Assembly (NCBI GenBank): GCA_964016885.1 | Contig: OZ024740.1 | Coordinates: 98,208,001-98,272,000 of the forward strand | Length of the DNA: 64,000 nucleotides | Reading direction: 5' to 3' | DNA from: Eledone cirrhosa | Taxonomy: Eukaryota | In this document: positions 1 to 13,534 of the stretch, one piece after another | How the letters are laid out: each line of letters starts with the position of its first letter | How positions within the stretch are numbered: the first letter of the stretch is position 1 | The notes under the pieces: generated by a model | The model's database searches: none | Told to the model about the DNA's origin: nothing | What the model saw: only the letters and a program-made list of their open reading frames with translations | Position numbers and translations under genes: made by a program

Positions 1-1128
1 CCAAATATAGAAGTACCCATGGACATCCGGTCTTAAACTCTTCCGTTATTGCCAGCAAAACTTTAATGAACAGGAGAGGGCTAAGAACAGAGCCCTGGTG
101 GACACCGACCTCTATGTTAAATTCCTCGCTATAGTCATTGCTAACTCTAACTTTGGTGACTGCTCCTCTATAGATGGCTTGTACAGCTTTCACAAGCCAT
201 TCATATACTTCTAGTTTTCTAAGAGCCCACCAGATTATAGCACTGGGAACTCTGTCAAAGGCTTTCTTGAGATCGACGATGCCAGGTAGAGCAGCTTACT
301 TTTAGCTAGGTACCTTTCCTGTAACTGACTCACATGGAAGTGGTGTCATCAGTGGTGCCATTTCCTGGTACAAAGCCAAATTGGATTTCATCTAGTTTCA
401 CCCGGTCCCTAATCAACTGTGCTATAACTCTTTCCGTTACTTTCATGACCTGGTCCATCAACTTTATATCTCTATAGCTTCCTCTATCTAGTGCATCACC
501 TTTACCTTTGTAGCAGTTGACAATGATGCTGCTGCACCAATCCTTTGGTCTGATACCCTGTAGTATTACCTGGTTAACAACTCGTGTGGTTATGGTGTGA
601 CTTTCCGACCCAGATGCCTTCAGCATCTCGGCAGCTATACCCGGTGGAACGTTTGTCTCCCCTGTCTTCATATCTTTAATTGCCTTACTTACTACACTGA
701 TGCTGACTTGTACTGCTGGCTTCTCTATAGGGTCCGCTTGGGTTAGGGTCTCTTTTTGCCATGCATTCTCCTCGTTTCGTAATCTTTTATAATGGTTCTT
801 CCACGCAACTTTCTTATTGGCACTTATGAGGGCAAGCTAATCATTATCTTTCTGGATAGACTTCTCTCCAATGACACACGCCACGCAATCTTGAACAGCT
901 CCTGTTTCTGGTCCTCACGTTGCAAAACATGCTTGAATTTTCTATCCTCTGCTTCCCTTCTACCTAAGTATACTTGTTGCCTATCTTCCCTCCTGGTCTC
1001 TATCTAATGTACCCTGCTACAACTGTTCTTCCATTCTTTCCATGCCTGTCTCTTAGTCTTAACTGCCTCATCTACCTGATTGTTCCACCACCAAGTCACT
1101 CTCGTCCCTGTGGACTTGCTCCAACCAC
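1..1128 (-). mobile_element. RTE-clade LINE fragment (N-terminal RT and upstream ORF2), degenerate, 5'-truncated at (TA)n
   Basis: ORF 330..671 (CYKGKGDALDRGSYRDIKLMDQVMKV...QFGFVPG) matches the RTE ORF at 58008; GVHQGSVLSPLLF motif near 70-110; VTWWWN motif at 1080-1100. Confidence 0.85.
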
Positions 1129-1262
1129 ACATACATATATGTATGTATATATATATGTATATATATATGTATATCTATATATATATGTATGTATATATAT
1201 ATATATGTATGTACATATGTATGTATGTATGTATATATGCAGGTATGTATGTATATATGTAT

Positions 1263-1760
1263 GTCGGGTGACTCTTGAGTGCTATTGGTAACATGTAACC
1301 CAGTACATCATGTCGCATGGTCAGATCGTCGGCAACTAAACTGGCGACCCCACCAAATTTACTTGGTGAGGACACCCTGCTTGACAAAAAAAAGACCTGT
1401 CGAAGGGTGGAAGAACTCATAAGAATCAACGGCCACCCAAAAATGTGTAAATATGTATATACACATGTATATGTATGTATATGCGCGGGGACATAGAAAT
1501 AGTGAGGCTGGATGCATAATTGCGTGATCAAACCACTGGGAGTGAAGGACACCTAGCCTTTGTCAGGGCATTCTTCTTGGAGAAGGCAACTCAGGAAACT
1601 GGGATCACTCCAACATAAAACCTGCGGCTCAGTAGTTACTGATGATGTTGATCTTAGCTTGTTTTCGGGTTATAGCTACTGTTGCTCAGGGAGTGGGATT
1701 GGCTCAGTGTACAGTCTTTCCTCACTTTAAACAAATCTTCACGCACAGGCATTGCACAAT
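1263..1760 (+). repeat. Dispersed repeat, possibly an RTE-type 5' leader; second copy at 42258-42650
   Basis: Shared blocks TGGTAACATGTA.CCCAGTACA, ACTAAACTGGC.ACCCCACCAA...TTGGTGAGGA and TAGCCTTTGTCA.GGCA in both copies; the identity as a LINE leader is inference. Confidence 0.4.
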
Positions 1761-2391
1761 GGAATTAATTAACAATTATTAATAATGGTTTATCGTGCAA
1801 TGGCCATCCTCTATAACGAGGGGGCAGCCATCATGTATATACATAATTTTGATAGGTTTCAGCCAGTATTGGCCTAGGCATGTCTAACTTAATAGCATCA
1901 CCAAGGAAAAGCGGACGTAAAATGATGATGTTGATGATGATGATGATGATATATGTATGGATGTGTGTCTGTGGAGGTGGGTGTGAGTGTATGTGCAAGC
2001 CAACCTACATAAGTCTTTTTATTTGTAAATTTTCTACTCTAACCATAATTTTCAGTAGCACCACTCCACATAAATTCCTCAATTTAAGAATGACCTGTAG
2101 TATCTATTTAATACTATTAACCTTAATTGAATATATATCTGACCAAGAATGCTATTTATGAAAATCAGTCATATGGAACTATTGTCATCTTGCCTGATGG
2201 TTTGAACTTTACAACACCACCTGCCTCTTTGAGGTCAAATACCAACCCTACTAGCATCTACAAACTGACCAATGAGAATTAAGACTATTCCTGCTGACAA
2301 CATTAAAATATTCCTAACAAGCTCATATGTCCCAAGGCTCTGATACCATCAACACTATAAACACAGAGCTGGCATATCTTAGGACTGACTA

Positions 2392-2447
2392 ACTGCCTGA
2401 TGAGGTCATAGCCATTCAATGGCTATCATCGAAATATATATAGCAGT
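2392..2447 (+). ncRNA. Type I hammerhead ribozyme
   Basis: actgc CTGATGA ggtcatagccat-tca-atggctatcatc GAAA tatata TA gcagt; 5-bp stem I; AATAAA just downstream. Confidence 0.8.
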
Positions 2448-2704
2448 AAATAAAGGATTATGAGTTCATGCAATTGACTTATGTTTCGTCACTATATATA
2501 TATATATATTAGGTATAGGATTATCCAAGATGTAGTAATGGTTAATTACTACACTGGATATGGTTGACGTACGGTAAGAGGTTACTCTACGAGTTATGGA
2601 AGAATTGTTCAAGAAGCTTAGTTCCTGATCCTTCAGTATTCCGGAGTGTATATAAAGAATGAATAATAACAGGTAGACATCATAAAAAGGTAATTTATTC
2701 CGTG

Positions 2705-2816
2705 TGCTTACAAGTGTTTCCACGGTGGTACTGCAGCCTAGTTCCGCTACGTGCAAATTCACAAGTATTTGCAGAACTCGAATATCCAATGCTGTGACCA
2801 CTGTTTCCTCAGAGCA
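2705..2816 (-). ncRNA. Type I HHR with extended stem II (family A, inverted arm)
   Basis: Reverse complement of 3948-4059. Confidence 0.7.
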
Positions 2817-3110
2817 GAATGGTAAATTTACAATGTAAAAACCCTTAAGTGGGGTTGTTGGGGAAGATAGAGTGGAACAGGAAGAGAGAAAAGTAGGGAA
2901 GAGGGAGAGAGAAGGAAAGATATGCAGGGGTTGGAGAAGTAGGAGAGGGTGGCTTGTAGATATCTTAATCAAAATGTTATGGTAGGGGTTTTATTGGTTA
3001 TTTTTGGAGAGATGCGTAGATAGTTGAGGTCGGAATTATTTATTGCCCCAGAGGGCAGGTTCATAGATGTTGAGAGGGAGGTAGGTCAAAGGTGAGAGAG
3101 AGAGAGTGTA

Positions 3111-3455
3111 ATGAACGACCAGAAATGGTATTATATCGGATCTACCACCACATCGTTTAAATCTCGCTGGTACCGTCATCGATTCTCAATCAAACATCTG
3201 AATCACCGTTTTGTGACCACGCTCGCCAACAAGACCTGGCAACTCCGTGAACACAACCAACAGTTCACCTTAAAATGGGATATACTTTCCAGCGCAAATG
3301 CATATCGGAGTGGATTGAAGTACTGCAGGTTATGTAACCTTGAGCTATTTTACATACTAAAATCCAAAAACAAACTACTTAACGATAGAATCGAACGATC
3401 ATTATACTGCAACCACAAACTAAAAGCTAAATTCTCTCACTATAAAATGACTTAA
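3111..3455 (+). pseudogene. PLE GIY-YIG endonuclease C-terminal part (Hydra-clade-like)
   Basis: YIGST..FKSRWYRH..LANKTWQL..LKWDIL..CRLC.LE..LLNDRIE..CNH; the apparent ATG lies in the inverted arm, so it is not a real start. Confidence 0.85.
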
Positions 3456-3947
3456 CATTCGAACCCGTAACTACAACACCACTTTCTAGCTGACAACCTT
3501 CTCTTCCCCCCACACTACAAGAGAATACACTGCTTATCACTATACATGGTAACTCAGTACAATTCCTAGATTACTACTACAAAACCAAAAGTTCACTCAC
3601 CAAACATACTTTATCTGTCCCCTCTCTACCTATATATCTCTCTCTACATCCATTACACTCTCTCTCTCTCACCTTTGACCTACCTCCCTCTCAACATCTA
3701 TGAACCTGCCCTCTGGGGCAATAAATAATTCCGACCTCAACTATCTACGCATCTCTCCAAAAATAACCAATAAAACCCCTACCATAACATTTTGATTAAG
3801 ATATCTATAAGCCACCCTCTCCTACTTCTCCAACCCCTGCATATCTTTCCTTCTCTCTCCCTCTTCCCTACTTTTCTCTCTTCCTGTTCCACTCTATCTT
3901 CCCCAACAACCCCGCTTAAGGGTTTTTACATTGTAAATTTACCATTC

Positions 3948-4059
3948 TGCTCTGAGGAAACAGTGGTCACAGCATTGGATATTCGAGTTCTGCAAATACT
4001 TGTGAATTTGCACGTAGCGGAACTAGGCTGCAGTACCACCGTGGAAACACTTGTAAGCA
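3948..4059 (+). ncRNA. Type I HHR with extended stem II (family A)
   Basis: tgct CTGAGGA aacagtggt...accaccgtg GAAAC actt GTA agca; AATAAA follows. Confidence 0.7.
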
Positions 4060-4106
4060 CACGGAATAAATTACCTTTTTATGATGTCTACCTGTTATTA
4101 TTCATT

Positions 4107-4194
<88 letters not shown>

Positions 4195-4319
4195 ATATAT
4201 ACAAATATACATATGAAAGCATAATGAACAGTGAGATGTATTATGTGTCAATGTATGATATATAATGCAATTTATATTATATATATATATATATGTGTGT
4301 GTGTGTCTGTGTAAATAGA

Positions 4320-4670
4320 GGCTGAATCTGACAGCACATTTTGTCTCTGAAGGTTTAATCAACCATTGAACAAAATACAGATTTTGTAGATATCTATACA
4401 TGAAACATTCCTTAAAATGTATTTAGATGAGGAGAGATTTACTTAAGAGAGATGATTTTTCTTAATTTGATTTGATGTCAGTTTGTAGAAGCTTCTAAAA
4501 TCTGACAAACCAAATTAAGAAAGTCATGCCATATTTGTATATCTTCCCCTCAACCATACCTATTATTTTATAGTGTTTCATATATTGATATCTACAAAAT
4601 CTATATTTCATTCACTGTTTGAATAAAGCTTGAGTGGTGGCATTTCAAGTCACCGTCAACTGCTTCAGTT
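4320..4670. repeat. Old imperfect fold-back palindrome (MITE-like)
   Basis: AGATTTTGTAGATATC..ATGAAACA mirrors TGTTTCAT..GATATCTACAAAATCT; centre AAGCTT at 4489-4494. Confidence 0.55.
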
Positions 4671-5849
4671 TTATAAAAGCATTTGCTCTGGCCTCAACTA
4701 TATTCCTAAGTGTTGAAAAAAGCTGCTTTAAAAATAAATCATTTTACTGTAAAATTTTACACCAGTTGTTCACTATCTGTGAATCTTAATGATCTCATCT
4801 AATCTTTCTATCTTTGGTCAAGATTATTCATCAATGTAAAATACAAACTTATTTTGAGCTGTAGCTAAGAAAAACAAAACATTCTATTATGGTAAATAGA
4901 AAAGGAAGAAAAACAAAAAAGAAGAAAAGGAAGAAGGATCCATACATATGACTCTACTATGTGTATTGAATCCTATTGTTAGTAAATGTTTTTATTTTTC
5001 CTATTTTTCACTTAATAATCTAATACACACACATATCTACAGTTAATATATAGTACCCAATGCATACCAGTTCATTTGTCTGATATCACATGCCAATTCT
5101 TCCATTCATAACAGGGTATTTTTACTTGACTCCTTGCTATGATCATCATTACAGAAATTTCCACGTTCGAGAACCCTATATGTTTACAAAACCTTTACAC
5201 ATTCCTCACTCCAAATCATTTCATATTATATTCTTTACATGTAATAAGCCATTTAGCTTTCTAAGATGGAAGAAAAATGGTACCAGTGTCAGATAAATCG
5301 TTAACTCTTCATCTTTTTATCTAACTTTGACTTTCTCTTTTGCCCATCTTCCCCACTATTACCACTAATGTTGCTACATATATGGTCTTCTCACCTTCTG
5401 TTGCTGATGCTTCCGTTAGAGTAGGAGACTGTTGCAACCAAGAATGGACGTGTTTTTACTGCACTCTTGTTTTGTATTCTCTATCTAGAAGCAACACATC
5501 AAGAGGAATTTGGATTTTGTTGTGCGGGCTATTCATATATATGTTTTACGTCCTGCCCCTGCACAAATTCACGGGCCTAGAAGGAAGCTGACGAGGTTCA
5601 GACAATATAAGAGTTCTTTATTTAACATTTGTCAACTTTCACCACAGTTATCACATTCGTATTTCTCAATGTCAACATATACGACATATTACTTACCTTC
5701 CCTCTTTTATTCTCTCACTATATATCTGTCCCATCCCTCACCATTTGCTATATGCTCTATTCCTTTCATTCATTCTCATCTCTTCTCTGACTGTTCTCCA
5801 ATTCATAAGCCATTGACCCTACATTTTCTACAGCCAGCTTCCTTGGCTG

Positions 5850-6212
5850 GCCATTGATGCAAAAGGGATTATGTTGCTGCTGCTCTTATTTGCACTTCGC
5901 ATCAAGATATTTCTTGAAAACATCTACATGCACACCATGTAGATCTCTCAGATAATTTTAACAGCTTATTTAAGAGCTGAGGTCCTTTGACCCCCAAGCT
6001 ATTGCAGTATGTAGTCTTTATTTTTGATGCGACTGATGGAACATTTGGAACTACACAGTGGTGCTCTCTTCATAGGCTTGTCCTGTTTTTAATGCCAAAT
6101 TTTGGTGCTAGCCCTTCCAGGATCTTCTATAGATATATTATTGTGTATCTCTTTTGTTTTTTCTCCAAGGAGTAAAGCTTTGGGTTTTTCAGCCTCTCCC
6201 TGTAGCTCATCC
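5850..6212 (-). mobile_element. CR1/L2-group LINE ORF2 3' end remnant
   Basis: Hand translation across frameshifts: SYRERLK..KLYSLE..YTIIY..KILEGLAP.FGI..YCNSLGVKGPQL..LRDLHG..VDVFKKYLD. Confidence 0.7.
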
Positions 6213-6589
6213 CAAAATAGTATTTGGTATCATGTTGATGAGGTGAATTTAACGATATTTGCATTGATAATTCAACAAGATAATGAGTTAACAATAGGTT
6301 CTAATGCAATAAACCTTGCATTGTTGGATCAGTGCTGGTTTTTTTAGCAAGTAGTAAACATTTTGGTTATCATTAGTTCCATCCGTTGTTATAAAATCAT
6401 AAAATAATTTTCTTGTCTTTTGCTTTTCATAACCTAAATAGGTTCCAGAAATGTAAGACCTTAAAAGCTCGTTAAAATAAAATTAATTGATTGTTTTTGC
6501 TTATCATCTTTCACAGTGAATAAGAAAATGGAAGCCAGAAAGTATTTTTTAGGGGTTTGGGAAAAAGCCCAAGGGGAGTTAACATGAAT

Positions 6590-7110
6590 CCCCTCAAAAG
6601 CACAAGCGTTCTTGTGTTTTCTCTTCCATCATGTCAATCTTGGGGAGACAATTTCTGTTACCATCTGTTACCATAAAAAAAAACATGTGCTAGAAGATCA
6701 AGGAAGTTTGGGGAAAAGCAAATATGCCACCAAAACAGAAACAAGCATCCACACTTCAATCACGAAAATGCATAAGGAGTATCAAGGACTGAAAAAAGTA
6801 AAAAACTCAAAGATAACAAACAAAGTAATTGCAAGAAATTTGGAAAGATGATCTCAAAGAAATATTTGCCATTGCCAGGCCATTCTCGAACGAAAGGATA
6901 TCCCACCTGAAGATAAATCTGTCCTTGAGACATAGTGGGAAGATTGTGTGCCTTCATTCCTGGCTGATATTGATGCAGAAGATGTGAGAGCCATTCAGAA
7001 GAAGCAAAAGGAGATTCATATGAAAGTAAGAAAGTGAAAGCAGGATGAAGAAATTAAGAAAATATCTGAGAAAGTAGCCCTTGAAAATTCGTTATCCGTG
7101 CAGCAGTGAT
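6590..7110 (+). mobile_element. Possible DNA transposase N-terminal remnant (hATm-like)
   Basis: SKAQAFLCFLFHH...ITKMHKEYQGLKK...WKDDLKEIFAIA resembles hATm-type N-termini from memory; frameshifted. Confidence 0.3.
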
Positions 7111-7374
7111 GACGATGATGAAATCTTCAAGTCAGCACCACCCTGAAAATCATTGTGAATAAAAATGACTCTTGATGCTATTCTTGTGCCAAGTGGAAAT
7201 GGGAGAAACTATAGCTATGATAAGTAAGTACTTCTTACATTGCAATTGCATGATGAGTCTGGACATTCAATTTTTCCCTCAACTGTTTATTGAGCAGAAC
7301 CAATCACTGTGAGACGATGGCTCAGGAAATTGACTTATCTGCTTTCCAGCCTGAAGTCAGATCATGCACGGCTG

Positions 7375-7980
7375 GACTGAAAATCAGAGCTGAGAAAACT
7401 AACACTCATTCTCTCAAAAAAGCCTGCACAGTGAACTCTACTTGTGAATGGAGTTTCACTGAAGCAGGGGAAGTACAAGTTTCTCAGGGCTATATTCATG
7501 CATGACAGAAGGCAGTAGGTTGAATTGTGCAGGAATTGTAGTGACTAGTGCAAAAATGTGCCAGCTTCTGCATTCAGTAATCAGAATAAGGGAGGAAGGT
7601 CTAAAAGTCAAACTTGCTATTTTCAATTTGGTATGTATGCCAACCTTTACCCATGGTTATGAATCTAGACCAAAAGAATATGATTGCAAATACAAGTAGA
7701 AAAATTAGGGTTCCTCCAAAGGGTCTTTGGAGTAAGCTTATGCTCGAGATTATGAGTATGTGTTTAGAATGACTCAGGAAAGAATTGCTGGACAGATTTT
7801 ACGGGCAAAACCAACTAACTGGAGACCGAGGGGTAAACCTGAGCAAGATGGTTGGATAGCATCCTTGAGTTCATCTAGTCTCACTTGGGGCACCTATCGC
7901 ATCAACTGGAGTCAGTTGCTTCTGACGGGACCCTCTGGAAGAAGTATTTCAGGACTCTGCTCCACAACTATCTAAGGAAT
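7375..7980 (+). mobile_element. RTE (Expander/Rex3-like) RT C-terminal remnant
   Basis: KVKLAIFN..PTFTHGYES and RMTQERIA..RPRGKP; homologous to 19625-20235. Confidence 0.65.
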
Positions 7981-9199
7981 GGGGGGAGGGTCTCCAAATG
8001 CTTTCATGCAAGGTCTTCACTGGTAAACTGTCTTGCTCCTTGAATGGGGGCCATATCGACCTTTGCTTGTTTCAAGACCTTCTCTAGTTAAGTAACTGTG
8101 GCCTGTTTGGCTCGTCAGATCTGTAGTTACACAATTAAGTAAAATATCGTTATTTTTTTGCTACTATTTTGAGTGCTATCGTTATTGCTGCCTTCCAGTC
8201 TTCAAATTTTATTTTAATTCTTTTTCCCTAGGCTATTTCAGCATTTCTGTTTTCCAGTGTTATACACATTTATTTTTATTTGCCTTGGTTTGTCTGAGGA
8301 TTGGATAGAGGAGTGTTTTGACAAACATTGTTGTTGTTTTGTTGATGGTGTAATTAATTCTTCCATTGGGTTTAGTTTTTGTTGTTTTCATCACTGCTGT
8401 TGTTGTTGCTATTCATGTTGTCACAGATGTTATTTATGGTGTTGATGTTATTTACATCAATATTTTTTTTGTTATTTTTGTGGTGTTAGTGTCGTCGCTG
8501 CTGCTGTTGTTGTCGTAGTTTCTCGCTGTCTGGCCTTGTTACCATTATCTGGTTGAGTGTTACTGTGACAATGGTGTCAGCACGTGTGTTTTTTAACAAT
8601 GTGAAGGAAGTACAAAGAAAAATTGGATGAGGTAAACCTGTACACTCAATTACAAGGGGTGCTAGAATTTCCCTTTTAATAATTTTCAAGTTTTATAAAT
8701 AACATTGCAAATTGTTCACAATTCTTTCAGAATGAAATTATATGAAAGAGGAGAAAATTTTGCCGACCTGTTATTTTATTTATTTATTTATTTATTGATT
8801 TATTAAAACAAATGATTTTGTAATTTCTGCCCTAAATGGCAGACATGAATAAAGTTGACTGGCCTCATAAATGGGGTGGTTTTCTTAAGTCATAAAAAAA
8901 AAGTAAGTCTTTGTGGAACCCTCAAAGGGTTTTAGAACCTATAAATAGTGACCTACCTTTAGACTAAGATTAGAACGTGTTGTCGTTTTGAAATGGAATA
9001 AAAAACAATAATAATGATAATAATGATTTCTTTATTGGCCACAAGGGCTGACATCAAGAAAAACATTAGACAGCACACGATGTGGGTTTTGTGCGTGTAA
9101 AGATTTTTATTATTTATATAAGAAAAGAAAAAGGAAAAAGACATAGAAACTTATATATATGTAAACAATAAAAATGGAAATTATAATAATGTTTTTTCC

Positions 9200-9580
9200 T
9201 CTCTTCTTACTTTTCCCCTTCTTTTTCATCTGCTTCTTTTTGGTTTTCTTTTACCACTTTTGTTGGTGTCCTTCTTCCTCCTCCCTTTGCTTTTGTTATT
9301 GTTGTTTTTGTTGTTTGTGCTCTTCTTCTTTTTCTCCTCCTCCTCCTCCTCCTCATCCTCATCCTCCTTCTCCTCCTTCTCCTCCTCCTCCTCGCCCCCC
9401 CCTCCCCCTCCTCATCATCATCATTATCTCTTTGTTGCTCTTCATTTCTGGCCCTCTCCTTTTACACCCCCCCTCTCTCATATCTTCTTCCACATTCTTC
9501 TTTTTATTGTTGTTATAATCATCATCATCACAACCAGCACCACTAGACCCTGAAACATCATCATCACCATCGTCATCATC
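9200..9580. repeat. Low-complexity CTT/CCT/CAT trinucleotide tract
   Basis: Visible (CCT)n and (CAT)n runs. Confidence 0.9.
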
Positions 9581-9999
9581 ACAGTATTTGTTTATTATAA
9601 CGTTCACTAAAATATTATCAGCAAGGCCTTAAGTCTTTTTACCAAAACTACAGTGATTCACAAGATAGCATTAATTTGGACTTCTTTAATTGTTTTATGT
9701 TTTTGTTAAATAATTTACTTGAAATATGGTTGCTGAAAGCAATTAAGGTAGGGCAAATTTTGTTGTTGTTTTTTTTTAATTTTTTTTTTTTTTGTATTGG
9801 TGGGAAATATGAAAAAAAGTCAACAAAAAATAAAAAGCATTATTACAATTCTAACAAGACGCTGTAATTAGATTATAAATATTAAATATTTCATATTTAT
9901 CAAATATGACAAAAGATTCTGTTTAGCCATTATTGAATGCATAATATTCAGATATGAATGCCTAGAATGTGTACTATATTAACTGCAACTATAAGACTA

Positions 10000-10790
10000 C
10001 AGGTGGTAAATTTGCAGAATTGTTAGAGTGTAGGACAAATTACCTTGCAGTATTTATTCCAGTGAAAATTTGCAGTATTATAATAGAATAGAAACTTCTT
10101 AATATGATGCAATAATATGGAGAAGGTACCTTGTGGTATTTATTCTGGCTCACTGGGCTTTGAATTTAAATCCCTCAAAGGCCAAATTCACGTTTCATTC
10201 TTTTTGGTGGATGGATGAGGACTGATAAAATAATGTACCAGCCCAAGGTAGATGAACAGAATTGTTAGAGCATTAGATGAGATCATCTTCATCATCTTCA
10301 TCATCCCCATCTTCATCATCATCATCATCATTTAACATCTGCTTTCCCTGTTAGCAAAGGTTGGCCAGTTCTACATAGACTAAGGCAGTACTAAAGTGGG
10401 GTTTCTGACTTCCCATATATTCTACATTGTCTGCATATCACTTACATACGGCCATACCTTCCATCGAGTAGATGTGTCAAGATCCTTGACACATCTAAAG
10501 AGTTCTCCCAAACCTTTGTTTGGCAAGATTTATATGGCTGGATGTCCTTCCTATCACCAACCCCTTTACAGCATGTACTGGGTGCGTTTCTCATGAAGAT
10601 CACCAACACTAGAGAAGCTGTTGTGTCTTTGACACAACTAAATGGTCCTCTTGACCTTTTTAGGTATGGTTTCTACAGTGGCATGCCTTTCCTGTTGCCA
10701 ACCCCTCTAATGGAGTGTACTAGGTTAATTGTCATGGTACTGTCACTAGAGAGGTTGTTGGTAATAGACCCAACTGTAGAGTCCTCATTG
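10000..10790. mobile_element. Degenerate tRNA-head SINE pieces (+, ~10000-10290) and RTE-type 3' tail (-, ~10320-10700)
   Basis: GCAGAATTGTTAGAG/TTTCATTC SINE blocks; (CAT)n TTTAACATCTGCTTTCC and GGCTGGATGTCCTTCCTA tail motif. Confidence 0.55.
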
Positions 10791-13534
10791 CTCTGAGGAG
10801 AGGAACATAGGAGAAAAATATAGGTATGAAGTTATAGATGTATGTGTTGATTTGGCAGGGCAATGAGTAAGGGGTAGGGATGGCTAATTAGTCTGTGGGA
10901 GAAAGGGATGTAGTGGTGTGGGGATGTGGTCAAGAGGTGCATGATGGAGAGATTGGTAAACAGTGATAGTGGAGGGGGGATCAGATAGAGAGAGTAGATA
11001 CTATGGTGCAACTGGAAGGGGGGAGTAGTTAGGGAATGATTCTTGAGGGGTCATGCCTTGTAATATTTGTTCTGGCTATTTGTGCTGTGAATTGAAGCTG
11101 TACTTTGACTTATTTGGGTGGTATATTCAATTTGTCATTCAGCTAAATTTCACCACCTAGCCCTTGGATACTTTCAGCAGAGTTAGTTTCTTGGAAGCAT
11201 TTAAGTCAGCTTATTGACTTAAGGATATTTTCATCTCTATCACCAGTGTTATTGACACTGGAAAGAACTCATTGGCACTACACTTTATGAAGAACAGGAG
11301 GCCGAACAGCGATGGCCTGTGACTATCTGTCCTGGAGAAAAACCTGTCCGCCAGTACAAGTGCAATGATAGTGGTCATGGTGTTTATTGCTTATTCTCAA
11401 CCTTCTATTTCATTACCTCACTATGATATCTATTAGATTATACTGGGTTTGTGACAGAGGAGAGAGTTATTTTAATCAGCCCATATCTAATTCCTCTACC
11501 ATCTTCCTTTATCATAATCTATATGATTCCCATTATCCTTAACACTACCATTTTTATTGTTTCCCTCACCATCACCTCAAGCAGTGGATCTAATTATATT
11601 CACACCATTCCTTCCCTCTCTTCTCTTTCCCATGAGATCCCCTGTTGATATTAACTACTCCCACTTATCATCATGCAACTTTGATGATATTCATCACACA
11701 TGTCCATATTCATTATCATCTCTCTCTGTCTCAAACACACAAGATTATTGACTAACACCTTTTACTCTTTCACAACCCCCTCATTAAGAGAAACTTCAAT
11801 AAATTCAACACTTCCTAGTTTTCAAATCATACAAATAACAACCAGTGAAATAAAACAATTGCAATTAGACACTCTTTTTACATCCTAAATAATCTACAAC
11901 ATCACAAACATCTCACAAAGCCAACTAATAATAAAATCATTTCCTCAGATATTACATTCTGCTCCCATCTAACTATCTACCACAACCACTGGGCAATCAA
12001 TTCCCTAACTTACATCAAACCAGCAACCAATTAACATTCTAACACACACACACACACACACACCAATGGAGAAATAAAAATACTTTTACAAATTTCAAAA
12101 AAAAAAAAAAATAGCACAATGCAAGAAATTCCACCAGGAAACAGAATGCTGGTTTTCAGAATTCAATAACACCGCAGTCAATCTTATTGACAGTGCAGCA
12201 TATACAGTCATGGTGATGTGGTACAAATCACACATCCTTTGATTGACAAGCTAATGTATTATTGAATTAACCATCTGGAACTCTCATATGAGAAGTAGAT
12301 TTGATATAATAATAAAAAAGTTATATGTCCCTATGCTCTAGAATTAGTAAACTGCGCATTTTAGAATGCAGGAAGAAAATGATACCACAATGGAAATATT
12401 GTTCTGAGTTTGGAAATAGTTTTCAATTTTTATCTTATAAACATTTTCTACTTTAATAAGTTCAATAATAAGTAATCTGAAAATGTTGTTGTTTAGAACC
12501 TTGTCAACTCTGATTAAAAAGACCTATGATCAAAAGCTTTCCTGGGATGTTCACCCCTTGTTTTATTTAATGTACAATATATTTTAGAAAATAGTTTTGT
12601 TTGAAAAGCACCACAATGTGAATTGGATGGTAAATGTAAAAAACAAAATATTATTTTCTCCACTTTACGCAATGCTTCAAACCACAATAAAATCTTACAA
12701 ATTCTTTGTTTTTAAATACAACTCATCATGATCTGAAGGAGATTTGGTGGCTATTTCTAGCAGTGGAAAGAAGGCTTTCCCAACCAGGACGATTTAAACC
12801 GTTGGGTGGACAATGTGCAACTTAACAGAAAATGGCAGACAATTGGCAATTTTGGTGGGCAATAAATGATTTTGAGTTTTAAGAAGGTATTTCAACATAT
12901 GCGACCCAGAATAAAAATATTCAGTATATCAAAAAAGAAAAAGAAAATGAGGGATAGATGGGAATAACTGGAACACATTCTTAGAAAATATAAACATCCC
13001 TGCAAAGAAGGAAAATTTTGGTATTTCTATAGTCTTAAGAAGGTTCATTAACATTCAAATAGTTCTTCGGATAAAATAACATTGATTTTCAGATACAAAT
13101 TAAATAATTGAAGACCAAGAACAACTTTGCCAATAAAATTAAGAACTGACCTCAGGATAAACTTACCAACACCACCAGCACTGAGATAACATATAAAATT
13201 GACACAGTTGGTTGCTTCTAAGTACTCTGATGATATGCTTTAAACAAAGAGGCACAGACGACAATGCCAGACAAAATATGAGAATTCCAACAGGGAAGAG
13301 GTTCATATCTCAATGTGGAAGCCCATATAACCAGACAACCACTTGAAGCTATTGGATTATAATTGATCACCACACTCTTCTGTTCTCGTATTTGTGGACT
13401 ATTGAAATTGGACTTCGAGTAACAATATACTAGGTAATGAATATTTTGTTATCTATTGTTCCTACTATTTTTTCTGTGTATTGTATGATTTTTTAAAGAC
13501 CCCAATATAATCATTACAGCGTTGTTTATTTATC

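Larger units (their letters stand above)
2509..4110. mobile_element. Penelope-like element (family A): 5'-truncated EN plus pLTR with an inverted pLTR copy, in (TA)n
   Basis: 2654-3113 is a near-perfect inverted repeat of 3651-4110; GIY-YIG ORF between the arms; HHR in each arm; (TA)n on both flanks. Confidence 0.85.

Noticed and set aside
2466-2972. 168-aa ORF repeated at 3792..4265 and 33297..33578
   Set aside because: Identity reflects pLTR duplication; non-ATG start, runs into (TA)n, no protein motif
9174-9607. Pro/Ser/Gly-rich ORFs
   Set aside because: Trinucleotide low-complexity sequence
13166-13300. Possible minus-strand host exon ending at a GTAAGT donor
   Set aside because: The open frame has no recognisable homology and no clear acceptor or partner exons
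13222-13421. CTGATGA...GAAA hammerhead-like pair
   Set aside because: Stems II and III do not pair and the cleavage triplet does not register with stem I
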